Shown here in pieces: positions 10,252 through 23,061 of a stretch of 64,000 nucleotides of DNA. The position numbers were made by a program, and so were the translations under genes. The stretch lies in the NCBI RefSeq assembly GCF_964355755.1, contig NC_092672.1, forward strand, positions 35,656,437 through 35,720,436. The letters run 5' to 3'. The notes beneath the pieces were generated by a model. That model worked only from the letters and a program-made list of their open reading frames with translations, had not been told where the DNA came from and searched no databases. The stretch is from Antedon mediterranea (lineage: Eukaryota; Animalia; Echinodermata). The first letter of the stretch is position 1. Each line of letters opens with the position of its first letter.

Positions 10252-13200
10252 ATGATGGCGGTCAAGAAGAAGTGTTTATGTGCGTTTATTGTCAGTCCAG
10301 TATGTATGTACATTTACTTGTATTCACCATTCACTACTACCATGTATGTTGCAAGTATGTCCTATTCAGACAACTTCACTCAAAAGTAAGTAGGTCTATG
10401 TTGTACTTTAAACTCTAGAGGAGCTGGGGTATCATGCACCAGTAGTGCTTTAAGCGTGGTTCCTCCCCACTAGAACGCAACGCAGCGACGTATCGACGCA
10501 AAGTGCTGTATTGCGTAATCACAAGTGGGAACCGACGACGACGCAATATAGTGCTGCAAACATCGTAGATTTTATTTCAGGCAGGCAGGGGCAAACGCAA
10601 TGATTGGAAGGGCATTTTCTTACGTTGTGTCGTGCGTTACGTTGCGTCGCTAGTGGGAACCAAGCTTTATAGTGTGAATGGCCCTGCTCAAGTTAAGTTT
10701 TGTTCCCACTACAGGACATAGCGCAAGGACGTAAACCGCAACGCAAGTTACCAATTGACAAGCAATACTTCGAATAATCCATCGCTTTTGATTTGTCGTT
10801 TGTTTGATAGATATTCAAATATTCAACTCCCAAATATTTTCAAACAATTCTTCATAAAAAAAAGTAATGAATTTCACAACGCCAACAAATACGCCACAAT
10901 AAATTCAAACCATAACACAGTCCGGAATTCTTTAAGATATCCTGGTCCTTTAAGTCATTTCCTTACTAAATTCTAATAACTTAAATTCAAGTCCAATCAA
11001 AATATTTCCTCTTATCACAGTACAGATCTCATTAATTTTGTTCTCTTACTGCAAATAAATATGATACAGTAATCTTTACGTTTGTCCTCTTGCTGCTGTG
11101 TTTGTGTTGTCCTGTAACATAATTGTGTAATTTTTTTAAATTTTTTTTTTTACAAATATTTTTATATTACTACTACTACTTGTCTGATCTTACTTACATA
11201 AATTTATGAATTGCTTATTTTTATTTGATACTTTTATTATTTGTAGTTATTTTGTTCTGGTGAAACCAGGCTTAAAGCTTCATTGAGCTTATTTGATCTT
11301 GTCCAGGCTTTGCATTTTTTATTTACTTTAAATTAATCTGTAACAACTTATCAAGTGTGACGAAATAAAACGAATAAATGAATGAAATTGGAAATTTTAG
11401 GCAATTGATTAGAACATTGGCTTGAGGCAGACCGTTTAACCAGGGAAGAGTAAATAATGTTTAACACGTTTTTCAGGGCTTCTTAAAGCGTGGTTCCCAC
11501 TAAAACGCAACGCAGCGACGTATTGACGCAAAGTGATGTATTGCGTAATCACAAGTGGGAACCGATGACGCAACAGTGCTGCAAAAAGCGCGCAAACGCA
11601 ATTATTGGAAGGGTATTTTCTTACGTTGCGTAGGTTGCGTTACGTTGCGTCGCTAGTGGGAACCAAGTTTTACTTGGTGGTATGATCACTGATTTTTGGA
11701 GAAAAGATTAAATCTAGCGTCAAACATGTGGAATGATCCCCCTCAGAATTCTGATACGTTCAAGACTGAGAAAGGGCAACACGGTATTGCGATGGACCAG
11801 ATTGAATATTTCATATGTGGGGTATATGACGCTAGTTTTTTTCACCAAAAAGAAAGGAGGGCTGGTTTAAAATGTTCAAAGTATTTGGAATTTTAAATTA
11901 AGATACAAACAGTTAATAATAAAAAGAATGATTTCCCTCTTATTTTGTTGACATTATTGCTGTAGTGGTGATACCAATACAATGTCAAAACGCGGTAAAA
12001 TAAGTCCAGATCTATTATTTTTAAATAACTCTTAAAGTATTGAGTTAAATGCATTTATTTCTATTAAACATGAATAGAAAATAGTACATCTGCATCATTT
12101 GCCATTATTTTCGTGCTTCTAGGATGTACGGTTTAGGAATCAGACGTTATCTGAGGTCAAATGTCACATTTTAAATGGCCGATTTTTTTATACGAGTTGC
12201 CATACCAAATGTTGTGCTTCTAAACCACTTACGCTACAAGCTCGATATTCGTTTATTTATTTTTTTTGAAAAAATATAACTTTTACGAAATATAACCTTT
12301 TACGTCATTTATTTAGGGTTTTTTTTAATATCGATTTTTAGATTACTTGCAAATGTAAAGGTGATGAAGCCTGCGAGAAATTCGTTACAAAGCATCATCG
12401 ATATTCGACAACTCTTAGATAGACACATTAACGAAACAGCGGCAAATACAACAAGGTAAACTTGCCTGAATATTTTTTTATTTTTATTTTATTTTATGTC
12501 TTATGATTACCAATAGTAGATTAATCACTGTCCTATCAGATAGGTGGTAATCCCTCTGTTTATAGTCCTTATCCGAGAAGACTTGTTCCATCACCAGAAC
12601 TAGGAGCGAGTCGGTCTCGAACCCTTGCCGATGTTTAGGTACGGTCTTAACCGCTCGCTCGGTTACCGCCTTAACCGCTCGGCCATTTAACTCGCTCAAG
12701 AATAATAGTTACAGACAGACAGACCGACAGACCAGCTCCCCGTACCGTTTTCTATGATAGCATTTGATTTGAAGTAAAATTACTCTTCTCCATCAGTATT
12801 GTCTAAATTCTACAGTTTTTCAGAAACTGAATTCGTAAGCAAATCCTGATTGCGGTGTGTGGGGATTGCCACCGCGTTGAGGAGCAACATTTCGTTAGTT
12901 CATACTATAGCTATATTTGTACTATATCTATATTCGTACTATAGCTATATTCATACTATAGCTATATTCGTACTATATCTATACTCGTACTATAGCTATA
13001 TTCGTACTATATCTATATTCGTACTATAGCTATATTCGTACTATAGCTATATTCGTACTATATCTATACTCGTACTATAGCTATATTCGTACTATAGCTA
13101 TATTCGTACTATAGCTATACTCGTACTATAGCTATATTCGTACTATAGCTATATTCGTACTATAGCTATATTTGTACTATAGCTATATTTGCACTATAGC

Positions 13201-14454
13201 TCGCATATATTATAATTATAGCTTTCTTTTCTGCAGAAACACTTTGAATGAGTTTTCGCCGATTAGATTGCTCCGTGTCTATCCTAACGATCAGATATCA
13301 AACCAAACTTACACCGAAACAGCTCAAGCCAATGGGGAACCATGGATAAAACCTGCGAACACGTGCGCTGTCATCGGAAACTCTGGAATCCTGCAGGGGA
13401 GTAATTGCGGATTGGAAATTGATGCGCATGATTACGTGTTTCGTTCAAATATGGCGCCACTGGAAGGTTTCGAGAAAGATGTTGGAACAAGAACAAAATT
13501 AGTGACAATAAACAATGAAGAGGGAAGACATTACGACTGGTGCTCACATAATAAAAATGATAGCTGTTACCAAACGACGTATCGCTATCTGAACAATTTG
13601 AATAATTCCACTATTATATGGTTGACAAAAGCAAGCGGTTATTATCTCAAGATGAGTATGGTCAATACTCTACGACTGTTTAAACCAAACATTGTATTAG
13701 CACGACCAAAAAGACTACTGAGCAAATATGTTAGAAGGTAAAGATCTATCTATACAAAATTATAATAGCACTAAGCCGAAAACAATGTGTTTCTCTATCT
13801 CCTTAACCGGATACTAGCGCCGTTCTTTTATTCATCTATTTTAGAACCGCAAATTTGTACGAAAAATGTATCCATTGGACGGGTACCTACTAGTATCATT
13901 TAATTTAAAAAGTAGGCCTAGGAAATACCCAATGGCTCAAATGTACATCGAGCGGTCCGGCTGGTTTGTTGTCCTCAAGCTTTCCAATTTGGTAGTAGAC
14001 CGTGTTTTTTTTTCATATGAGCTATGACCATTGTTTTAAAGTTGTCTAGACACGATCGTGACGACTCGACTGGAAAACATGGGTAGGCCTACACCACATA
14101 TTCGGGTTGATATTTATTATAATTTTCACATTCATGCATTGTTTGGTATGCTCTTTTAGTTAAAATAATCACTACATATACATTTGTTTTCTTTCTAGGA
14201 GGTGGAATATTAGTAAGCCATCGTCGGGCCTTTACGTATTTTCGCTCGCTGGAAATATGTGTAGTAAAGTATCATTGTATGGATTTTACCCTTTCAATCA
14301 AACAGCCGAAGGGAAACCCGTCACATACCATTATTACGGAAACGCATCTTTTCATAATGGTCACAATATACCAGAGGAATTTAAACTTTTAAAACAGCTG
14401 AATGCGTCTGGTGTTATTAGGTTGGTTACATCGCCTTGTAGGCCTACATCATAA
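10252..14454 (+). CDS. ST8SIA: Alpha-2,8-sialyltransferase (ST8Sia/GT29) paralog 2; exons 10252-10385, 12342-12455, 13237-13737, 14199-14454 (334 aa)
   Basis: Basic cytoplasmic tail plus hydrophobic anchor (MMAVKKKCLCAFIVSPVCMYIYLY), stem with INETAANTTR, motif L CAVIGNSGILQGSNCGLEIDAHDYVFRSN, S, III (HYY), VS (HNIPEE), C-terminal Cys. Exons sum to 1005 nt, all GT-AG. Exons 1-2 are less certain than 3-4. Confidence 0.88.
10800..11390 (+). pseudogene. Degenerate LINE 3' fragment in ST8Sia intron 1
   Basis: Translation QLPNIFKQFF...TVRNSLRYPGP resembles a LINE ORF2 C-terminus; followed by an AT-rich 3' UTR ending in AATAAA/(GAAT) units. Confidence 0.4.
12560..12686 (-). mobile_element. Truncated tRNA-headed SINE, same family as 26442-26772
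   Basis: Shares TTTATAGTCCTTATCCGAGAAGACT, CTCGAACCC and TTAACCGCTCGGCCA with the longer copy. Confidence 0.7.
12898..13200. repeat. 17-bp minisatellite (GTACTATAGCTATATTC)n, about 18 copies
   Basis: Direct reading; ends about 36 nt upstream of the exon 3 acceptor. Confidence 0.95.
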
Positions 14455-16232
14455 CATGTTGGTGTAAGGTCTGAGTGATGGCTACTGCTTTTTGTGTTTT
14501 TCCGCTCGACTAGGACGTCTTTATTTGTATGGCGTGCATCGACGTCAAATTGTATATTCAAGTTGTATACAGCTCCACGTATATAGGCCTACTATTTTTT
14601 TAAATCTTAATATGTATTATCCGCTGTTATTGGTATGGAGGAAATTAAAATGAATAAATAATTAAAGCAAATCAATAATTGAGTTGATTACACGGACCGT
14701 CCATTAGTTTATTACTTTGTTTGCTCGTGGGAGAAGTCTACCAAACCAACTAAACCATCATGCTCCCCTGCTGGGATAAAGTTGTTTTCACATTTTTTAA
14801 ATTCGCACTTATTACCCGTCTAAAGCTGTGTCTACACTATCAAACCATGGAGAAATTTTCTCCATGAACAAACTTTATGCGACAAAAAATGTGATGTGCC
14901 CATATGGATATGATGTCACAGTACTGCCATATTTAAGCATATCACTACCATATTTAAGCATATCACTACCATATTTAAGCATATCACTACCATTATTTGG
15001 GCACATCACACTTTTTTTGTCAAACTAGTTTACTAAACACATCAGAGTACCCTTGTGTCCCTGTTTTAAATCTGGCACATTCTGACAATTTTTCATTTAT
15101 CAAATCTATTATTTTAGACCCAAATACTGTGTCGCATAACATATTCTGCTGATCATGGAATTTGTGTGACAACAGTATAAATCTGTTTTAAGTTTATTTA
15201 CGACGATATACCCACGGTAGTACACAACAATGTAAATTATTATTATTTATCATTTATAAACTATTTTTAAATATGTATACACTGTCTGATTTTCTGGGTT
15301 TTTTTTATATAAGATGAAATAAAAAAATTAAATACTGTACATAAATACATGTGTTGATAATATAAATTTCAACCCGACAAGGGCTGTTCTAAAGAGATAA
15401 GAAAAACGCTAAACCTTGATGTTGAAATTAGGACTGTACCTGCAGTACTGTGTGAATGAGTAGTTAATATTTGTATAAAAATGTTATTTTGTTTAGGAAA
15501 TGTAGCTACTTAAAGGAAAGCAAATTATTTTTGGGTAAAGTGAAAGAAGTTTAGATATGAATGTAATTTTTTTTAGGCCTATATCAATTTAATTTAGGTA
15601 AAATATTGTATCTGGGAAAAACTCAATAGGGCCTAAATAATTTAATATATGCCGACATGCACCGTTAAACCTTGATACAATTTCCTTAGGCCGTAACAGT
15701 AACAATAACCGAAATACTCTGGCATTGTGATTTATGCTACGCTTTTAAGCGTTTCATTGTTGGTGTATTAGGGCTGTATGATGATGCTAAACCTTTATCT
15801 GGCAATGGTGAACTGTGATTGCACCTGAAGACTAGTTATATATTTGAAAGTTAAGTTGAAAATATTGTTGGGTTACCAGATTAAGCAAAAAGTTAAATCG
15901 ATAAAGTAAAACAGAAAAGTACAAAGCTTGAAAACACAATTCCTTCGTCAGAGCGAAAGACGTTGGTCTACGTGCGTGTGTAAGGATCATTACATAATAT
16001 TGGCATAAATACGTCTTAGTAAATAAAGGTATTATTGTTTATGAAATGTAGAGGGGCCTACTTGGAGCTAAATAAATTTTTTGTGAAAAGAAGTTTCGAT
16101 TAAAATGTAATTTTGTTTATATCAATTTAATTTATGTAAAATATCTAGAAATTTAAACAAAATAAATAATATAGGACCTACCTAATTTAATACACCGTTA
16201 AACCTAGCTCAATTTCCTCCATTTTAAATGCA

Positions 16233-16949
16233 TTAAAGATGTATTGTTTCCCCCTGACAAAATAATTCTTAAAATGTTTTTTTTAATACGCCATTTTAAT
16301 GTCGTACCCTAATAGTTATCCACTTTGATAAAAAAAATGGATCGAAAAAAAAATGTATTTACCTAAAAAACTGTAATTTAAAGCAAAAAATAGTCAAAAA
16401 TGGCTGCCAGTCGATGGGTTTTTGGTTGAATTTAACCAAGTATTGCCTATAGAGGGGCAAATATTTGGAACCGTTTACCTGAAAACATAAAGTGTGAAAC
16501 TAAAATCGGAAAATTTAAAAAGAAAATACAACAACTATTAATAAATAAATACTCACTCATGTAGAGTGCACTTTTGTTACTTTTACTTTTTATTTCTATT
16601 TGTACTTGTATTGTTTCATTTGCTAATTAGATATCTGTATTATAGGGTAATGCGTTTAAGAGCTTCGGCTCGTTGCATAACCCGTTTTGTATCAAATACG
16701 TTTTCCGTTCATTATGATTTAGATTAAACTTATAGAAATATTCTTGTAAAAGAAATACTGTGTATATATATTTTGTTGATACAAATAAATGGTACGTATA
16801 GTACCGCGAATGATGATGATTTATTTGGTCATTTTATAAGTGAAACATTAATTTTTATTTTTTTTTTTTTAACGGAACAGAATAACATATTCAATGTCTG
16901 ATTTATTAATCTTTACTTTTCATGTTTTTGGGGGACAATACATCTTTAA
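16233..16949. mobile_element. TTAA-flanked MITE, TIR AGATGTATTGTCCCC (Kolobok/piggyBac-like); other copies at 22623-22930, about 23330-23640, partial about 55560-55690
   Basis: TTAA-AGATGTATTGT... and ...GGGGACAATACATCT-TTAA in two complete copies with shared internal sequence. Confidence 0.75.
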
Positions 16950-17646
16950 ACCGAAATCATCCGGCATTGCTATTACCAAGCTTTAAAGTGTATTCATTGT
17001 TGGTGCATTCATGGGAAATATCCAAGTTTGACCATGCATGGATTAATTCATTGTTTGACAAAAAGATTCTTTTATTTTGCATTTCCATGGCAGAGGTCAC
17101 TACGTAAAAATGGGGTTGGTCGCATGAGAGAATGACAAAAGAGTATAAAGTAAACATCATAAAAATTCAAGAAAATAATATGGAAGGCAATCGCCGCCAA
17201 AAATGCAATTAAAAACACAACTTATTCGCGGAAATATACAACGTCATACGCGCAGAAACAACGAACATTAAGCTTGGTTCCCACTAGCGACGTAACGCAA
17301 CGCAACCTACGTAAGAACATGTCTTTCCAATACATGTTTGGTCCCGCCTGCGACTGTTTGGGTCGTCGGTTCCCACTTGTCGCAATACAGTACTTTTGTG
17401 ATTACGCGTTGCAATACAGTACTTTGTGCGTCGCTGCGTTACGTCGCTAGTGGCAATCACGCTTCAATACGTCGCTGCGTTGCGTTACGTCGCTAGTGGC
17501 AATCACGCTTCAATATGTATGTCGTTGCGTTGCGTTGTTTGTGAGAACCACGCTTTACTCGCGTAGAAAAACGTAAAGCGGTAAAGCAGAAACGTAAAAC
17601 GTACTCGCAGAAACGTACAACGTACACGCAGAAACGTACATCGTAC

Positions 17647-19304
17647 CAAAGAATATATATCACAAGAATGAGTAATCCGCGATTTTCCCTGTAACAGTAA
17701 TATTGTCCATGTGGTAGGGCGCCGCCATAAGTGTGGATATATCTGGGATGTATACAACTTTTTGTGACGGTTTCACTAATCAAAGGCTGGACCACCGGTA
17801 GTATTTTCATGATAAAAAATGTTATCAACTACATGCCAACATCATGTTAAATACTATTTGGATATTTAATTGTTCGTTTTATGCAATTTATTTAGTAAAA
17901 ACTGCCGTATAAACAGTTTGCTTTATCAACCGGGCGCTACGATAGCGTGACCGGGCGTGTTGGTGTTTACGCGTTTTCACGAAGGATAGTTTAATAATAT
18001 TCCTATATTTAACTTGTTTCTGGTAAAACAAATAAATGTTAACGACATTTAACATTTTGTCCTATTAATAACATGTATTTTATACTAATTTATATCATAA
18101 AAACAATACTTAATTTACCGGGCGTAGAGTAGTACACGGCAATGGTAAAGAATAGGCCGTGCTGAGTAACGATTCGTTGATTTTTGGTGTTGCTGTGGTT
18201 AGGCCTTTTTTGTGAACTAACTTAGCATGTTAGTAAATAATTGTCTGTAAAAGTGAATGTACACTAGTTTGTTAATAAATATGTATTATAAAATAGTTTG
18301 CAATTGCAAAAACTATCATCATAATTCTATTTAATGTGACATGTATAATATCTATTAAATCAAGTAAAAAAAAAACATTTATTTGTTCAACAATGGCATT
18401 ATATACAGTATAATATATATAGATGTGTACATAAATGAAAACATTAGTAATAATAATTTGGGGTCTTCTCTAGAAGAAATCAAGTTTCTTGTCTCGAGAA
18501 AGACCCCAGAAACAATACACATACGTCATTTAAACTAATACAATTTACTACATAAAATAATAAATAAAAACGATGAAATAAAAATAGATACTTTCAGTGT
18601 ACTACAATCATAATAATATTAAAATTAGTATAAAGAAATAAGATATTTTTTAAAATTGTTACGAAAAGTATAAAGAGATTTAAAATGCTTTAGTTTGTCA
18701 TCAAGATCATTCCAGATTCGCGGTCCTGAAACAGAAATAAAATATTCGGAAATTTTCAGTCTAAAAGGAGGTACATCAAGATACTGAAATTTATTGTCGA
18801 TACGTAAATTGTACTTGTGTGATTTTGTATGATGACTTAATAGATTAGACATTGTCACAGGGAGTTTGGTATTAAAGAATTGAAAAATAAAGGAAGCAAT
18901 TTGTGTTGTAAATAGATCATGTAGACTAAGGATATTGAGTTTTTTAAGTAAAGGTTGGGAAGGGGCGAGATAGTGAGAGAAAGTAATAATACGGGCAGCA
19001 CGTTTAATTTGTTTATTAAGTTTTTCTAAATTTGATGGGTAGTCGGCTGCCCAAATAATGTTGCAATAAAGAAGATGAGGTTGTATAAGGGTGTTATATA
19101 ACAAGAGTAAGATATGTTGTGGAAAAAAATGTCTTAATTTACAAAGGATGCCAATTACTTTAGATATCTTTTTAGATACATACGCTTATTTAGTATGTAT
19201 ACATCCGCTTTATGAGGGCGGGCATCACTCACTGGAGCTCTCTCTTACAAATTTCTCATGCAAAAATCGCGGAATACTCATTCTTGTGATATATATATTC
19301 TTTG
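17647..19304. mobile_element. Second CAAAG-TIR MITE copy, 7-bp TSD ATCGTAC, interrupted by a LINE fragment
   Basis: ATCGTAC at 17640-17646 and 19305-19311. Colinear with 6589-7388 apart from an insertion at about 18334-19185. Confidence 0.9.
18334..19185 (-). mobile_element. 5'-truncated LINE 3' end (CR1/L2 group; ORF2 C-terminus at 18625-19104)
   Basis: LYNTLIQPHLLYCNIIWA, RAARII, PLLKKLNIL, GPRIWNDL motifs; absent from the other MITE copy. Confidence 0.85.
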
Positions 19305-19986
19305 ATCGTACTCACAGAAACATACAGCGTACTCGCAGAAACGTACGACGTACTCGCAGTACAACGTACACGCAGAAACGTACAACGTACACGCAGAAAC
19401 GTAAAATGTACTCGCAAAAACGTACAGCGTACTCGCAGAATCATACAACGTACTCGCCGAAACGTACAGCTTACTCGCAAAAACGTACAACGTAGGCCTA
19501 CTTGCAGAAACGTAGGCCTACTTGCAGAAACGTACAACGTACTCGCAGAATCATACAACCTACTCGCAGAATCGTACAGCGTACTCGCAGAAACGTACTG
19601 CGTACTCGCAGAAACGTACAGCGTACTCGCAGAAACTCGCAGGCAAGACTTTGGGCTTTAAAGGATGCCAGGTACGGGCAAAAAATTCTATTGATCATAC
19701 TAATAATTATCGATTATAATAATATATTATGTTTCATCATTTTGGCGATTTTCATTGTGCCGCACGATTTTGTTGAAACAAGCACGAATGTGCAATACTC
19801 GGGGTACAGCGAAAGAAGCTGTAATGACGTAACTACATAACTACATAGCGCTGTGGTGTGTGTCACACATTGTGGCTTCCTAATTAAACAAATTAATTAA
19901 CAAAAAAGCACGAATGTGCAATACTCGGGGTACAGAGAAAGAAGCTGTATACAGCAGACGTATACAGTTAAAGTTAAAGAAAAATA

Positions 19987-20060
19987 GGTTTCGCCAGGGC
20001 TCTAACCGGGACCTTCTGCGTGTTAAGCAGACTTGACAATCACTACACTACTACGAAACC
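19987..20060 (-). pseudogene. tRNA-Val(AAC)-derived sequence, degenerate
   Basis: Reverse complement GGTTTCG...TAGTGTAGTGATTGTCAAG-TCTGC-TTAACAC-GCAGA-AGGTCCCGGTTAGAGCCCTGG-CGAAACC. Acceptor and anticodon stems pair; A and B boxes are mutated. Confidence 0.75.
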
Positions 20061-20274
20061 CACTTACACTAAAAATGTGGGTTACAGAAAGTTTTTTAAT
20101 CCATTTAAATTACAAATAAATATGGTAATAAGCACAAAGAAAAATAAATGTGTAAAAGTGATAATTACCGATTACACAAAATAAGTATTTAAAAAAATAA
20201 TAAAAATAAGATATACTGTGTATAATTATCATATTGCGTATACAGTACTTTTCACCATAAAGTTTTAAAAAAAA

Positions 20275-20346
20275 GGTTTCGTCCGGGCTCGAACCAGGTA
20301 CCATCTGCGTGTTAAGCAAACGTGATAACCACTACGCCAAGAAGCC
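20275..20346 (-). tRNA. tRNA-Val(AAC)-like, probably a pseudogene
   Basis: Reverse complement GGCTTCTTGGCGTAGTGGTTATCACGTTTGCTTAACACGCAGATGGTACCTGGTTCGAGCCCGGACGAAACC followed by a T-run. Intact A and B boxes; mismatches in acceptor and T stems. Confidence 0.7.
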
Positions 20347-21348
20347 GCATATAACCATATAACTACATAACGCTGTGGTGTGTGTCACACATTGTGGCTT
20401 CTTAATTAACAAAAAATTAAAAATCCGGCTCTATAGCTTTGAGGACATGTCCCTGTAGTATATTCATGCCAAATCCCAGCTCAATACTACAACTAATAAT
20501 GGAGGAGTAGTACTTTAAAAATCGCACTTTTTACTCAATAGTGTCCAGATGGAGCTGAGGAGGAGAAAATGAGTAAGTCCTAGACTCGGGTACCCCGAGT
20601 AAAAAAGGATTGTCCTAGGATAGTTCAAACATGGAGTTATAAATTCAAATTACACAGTAAAATCCCTATTCTTTTGTACACAAATGCTGTAAATAGATAC
20701 TGCAGTTCTAAACAATTACTGTGTAAAAAATATTATCAGATGACTAAAATATAGGTAAAATAACTTAAATTTTACGTTTCTTTGCGTTTTTATTCAACTT
20801 CATAGTATTTTTTTATTATCATGCTAGGCCTCAGCGAAATTATTAACTTTATACCCACCAACTTTTTTTCACTTTCTAGGGAGTCACCAAATAATGGTAT
20901 CACATTGAGTAAACTACCTAACTACTTATAAAGTCTGTCTGGCTTTTAGAGCAGAATTTTTCTAAATATTATTTTATTTATTTTCTTCGTGATTTCTGTT
21001 GCACATATTTGTTTTATGTACATTTAACCATATCCTGATGATGATATAAAAATAATATTTTTATACCTCCTGATGATTATTTAACCAGATATATTATAAT
21101 TATTTTTAATTCGTGCCTGACGTATGAGCTGCTTTTGGTTTCTTCAAAGATCTTATATACTATACTTTGGTTTCTTCCAAATAAAAGTTGAGGGCGCTAT
21201 TTTGGGACTTTCCCTTTTTGGTCATTTCGTTCTTCTTCTTCCCGATCTGCTGCTGCTGCTGTACGCGTGGAGTCCAAGCTAGTTAGCTAGGCCAAGTAGG
21301 TGCACCTAACTTAATAAATCTCAGCTGCTCTGATAACTGATATACACG

Positions 21349-22195
21349 ATGGTTACTACTAGGACTGTTGAAGGAATAGAAAGCCTACTATCTACACTTG
21401 ATGAGTACAAGTCTTCTCAAGATGTGTACGTGTTGTTTTGCGGAGGCATCGACCCAGCTACTGGTAAAAGTTGGTGCCCGGATTGCGTGACAGGTGAGGC
21501 TAGGACCGGAGAGCGTTTGCGGCGCAGCGAATGTTTTAAGCTTCGGGCCTAGTAGGCCTAGTTTCTGACACTCACTAGCCTAGAGGCTACTGCACTCCTG
21601 CTTATGTTCTAACCTCCAATCAATGTATCATTTTCAGCTGAACCAATTGTTGAAGAGGGATTGAAAAAGGCAGCTGAATGCAGCATTTTTATACACTGTA
21701 ATGTTGGTGATCGATCATAGTAAGTTACAAAATTAACAATTCATTAGTCCCACTTTTCTTGAGCCGAACGATTCGTCTCCGATTCAACATGCTATACTTG
21801 TTATGTTATACTGTATTCTTAGCAGAATTATTGCATTTATGTTCTTTAAACGATGTCTATTTCTAGCTGGAAAGATCCTAACAATGAGTTTCGAAAACAT
21901 CCAGAATTTAAACTTACAGCTGTGCCTACACTGTTAAAACATGGAACGGTAAGCGCGCCGTCTGGCATTAGTTATTTTCATAATTTTTATGTAAAGCTCT
22001 GTCTACGCTATATCGTTGGCTACAATCCGCCCCTCAGAGATGGAACAGTTCCGTATTGATATAATCTCCTTAAACTAGAAATATGTTATTTTATTGTTTT
22101 TTAAATTTATATTTTTTTTTTCGCAGCCGAATCGTTTAGTTGAAGATGAGTGTGCAAAGAAGGAACTAGTTGAAATGTTGTTTGAGGAAGATTGA
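21349..22195 (+). CDS. TXNDC17: Thioredoxin domain-containing protein 17 (TRP14); exons 21349-21493, 21638-21719, 21867-21948, 22127-22195 (125 aa)
   Basis: [13 protein letters not shown] active site, [32 protein letters not shown]...LVEMLFEED; all GT-AG and in frame. Confidence 0.96.
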
Positions 22196-23061
22196 AATAA
22201 AGTAGATGAACGATTCCAGTTTACACCAATTTTATAATTTACAAATACAAGTAATTACTCTGTGTATGTCAACAATTTAATTTGATATGTATAAGTAAAT
22301 TAACTGCATTACATTATAAGATCTTTATTTAGTTTAGTAAATTTAGTTTTGTCCACCAGCTTACAAAAAAAAAGATTTGAAGTACTCGTTTTGGTTAACA
22401 GCTCTACTCGACGATACTGCAGTCTTTGCGGATAAGGACTTAATATCTGGTTTGTGTGTACTTTAAGAACCAGTATGTCTTTCGGAAGAAGACAACAGAT
22501 GAATGACCGCAGCCGTTTGGTTTAAACTTCAGGCAAATGGAAGTTGTATTTATTTATCTTTGAGATGATTGTTTGTGTATAAAGCGCATTTTAAATACGA
22601 ATATAATAATATTCTGTTAAATTTTAAAGATGTATTGTCCCCAAAACATGAAAAATGAAGATTAATTAAATTAGACTTTGAATAGGTTATTTTGTAGTTT
22701 TAATACAGTTAATCACTTCTGTAGAAAATGACAAAATAAATGGTTTAATCAACCAAAAACCCATGGCTGGCAGCCAATTTTACTTTTTTTAATTACAGTT
22801 TTTTTCAGGTAAATAATTTTTTAGATCAAATTTTTGGTCAAAGTGGATAAATATTATGTGACATTAAAATGGCATATTCAACAACAACATTTTAAATAGT
22901 TATTTTTTCAGGGGGACAATACATCTTTAAATGAATAAAATATTGATTGACTTCTCAATCTAGACTTGCACAGGATTCTCAAAGGCTTAGATAAACCAAG
23001 TTAATGGAAAGCCTCACCTTTTAATGCAGATCTCTTGTGTTACTGTTTTCAAACCTACAAA

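Larger units (their letters stand above)
17557..19640. repeat. 21-bp minisatellite (ACTCGCAGAAACGTACAACGT)n at 17557-17646 and 19305-19640, split by a MITE
   Basis: Same unit on both sides of the insertion; explains the RTRRNVQ-type spurious ORFs. Confidence 0.93.
19776..20606. mobile_element. Helentron/DINE-1-like non-autonomous element with internal duplications
   Basis: Begins AAACAAG; subterminal TACTCGGGGTAC (19796-19807) is inverted as GTACCCCGAGTA (20590-20601); terminal hairpin ACTCGGG-TAC-CCCGAGT followed by an A-run; no TSD seen. Confidence 0.65.

Noticed and set aside
19091-19840. Cluster of overlapping Arg/Thr-rich ORFs
   Set aside because: Translations of the 21-bp minisatellite in several frames, with no gene structure.
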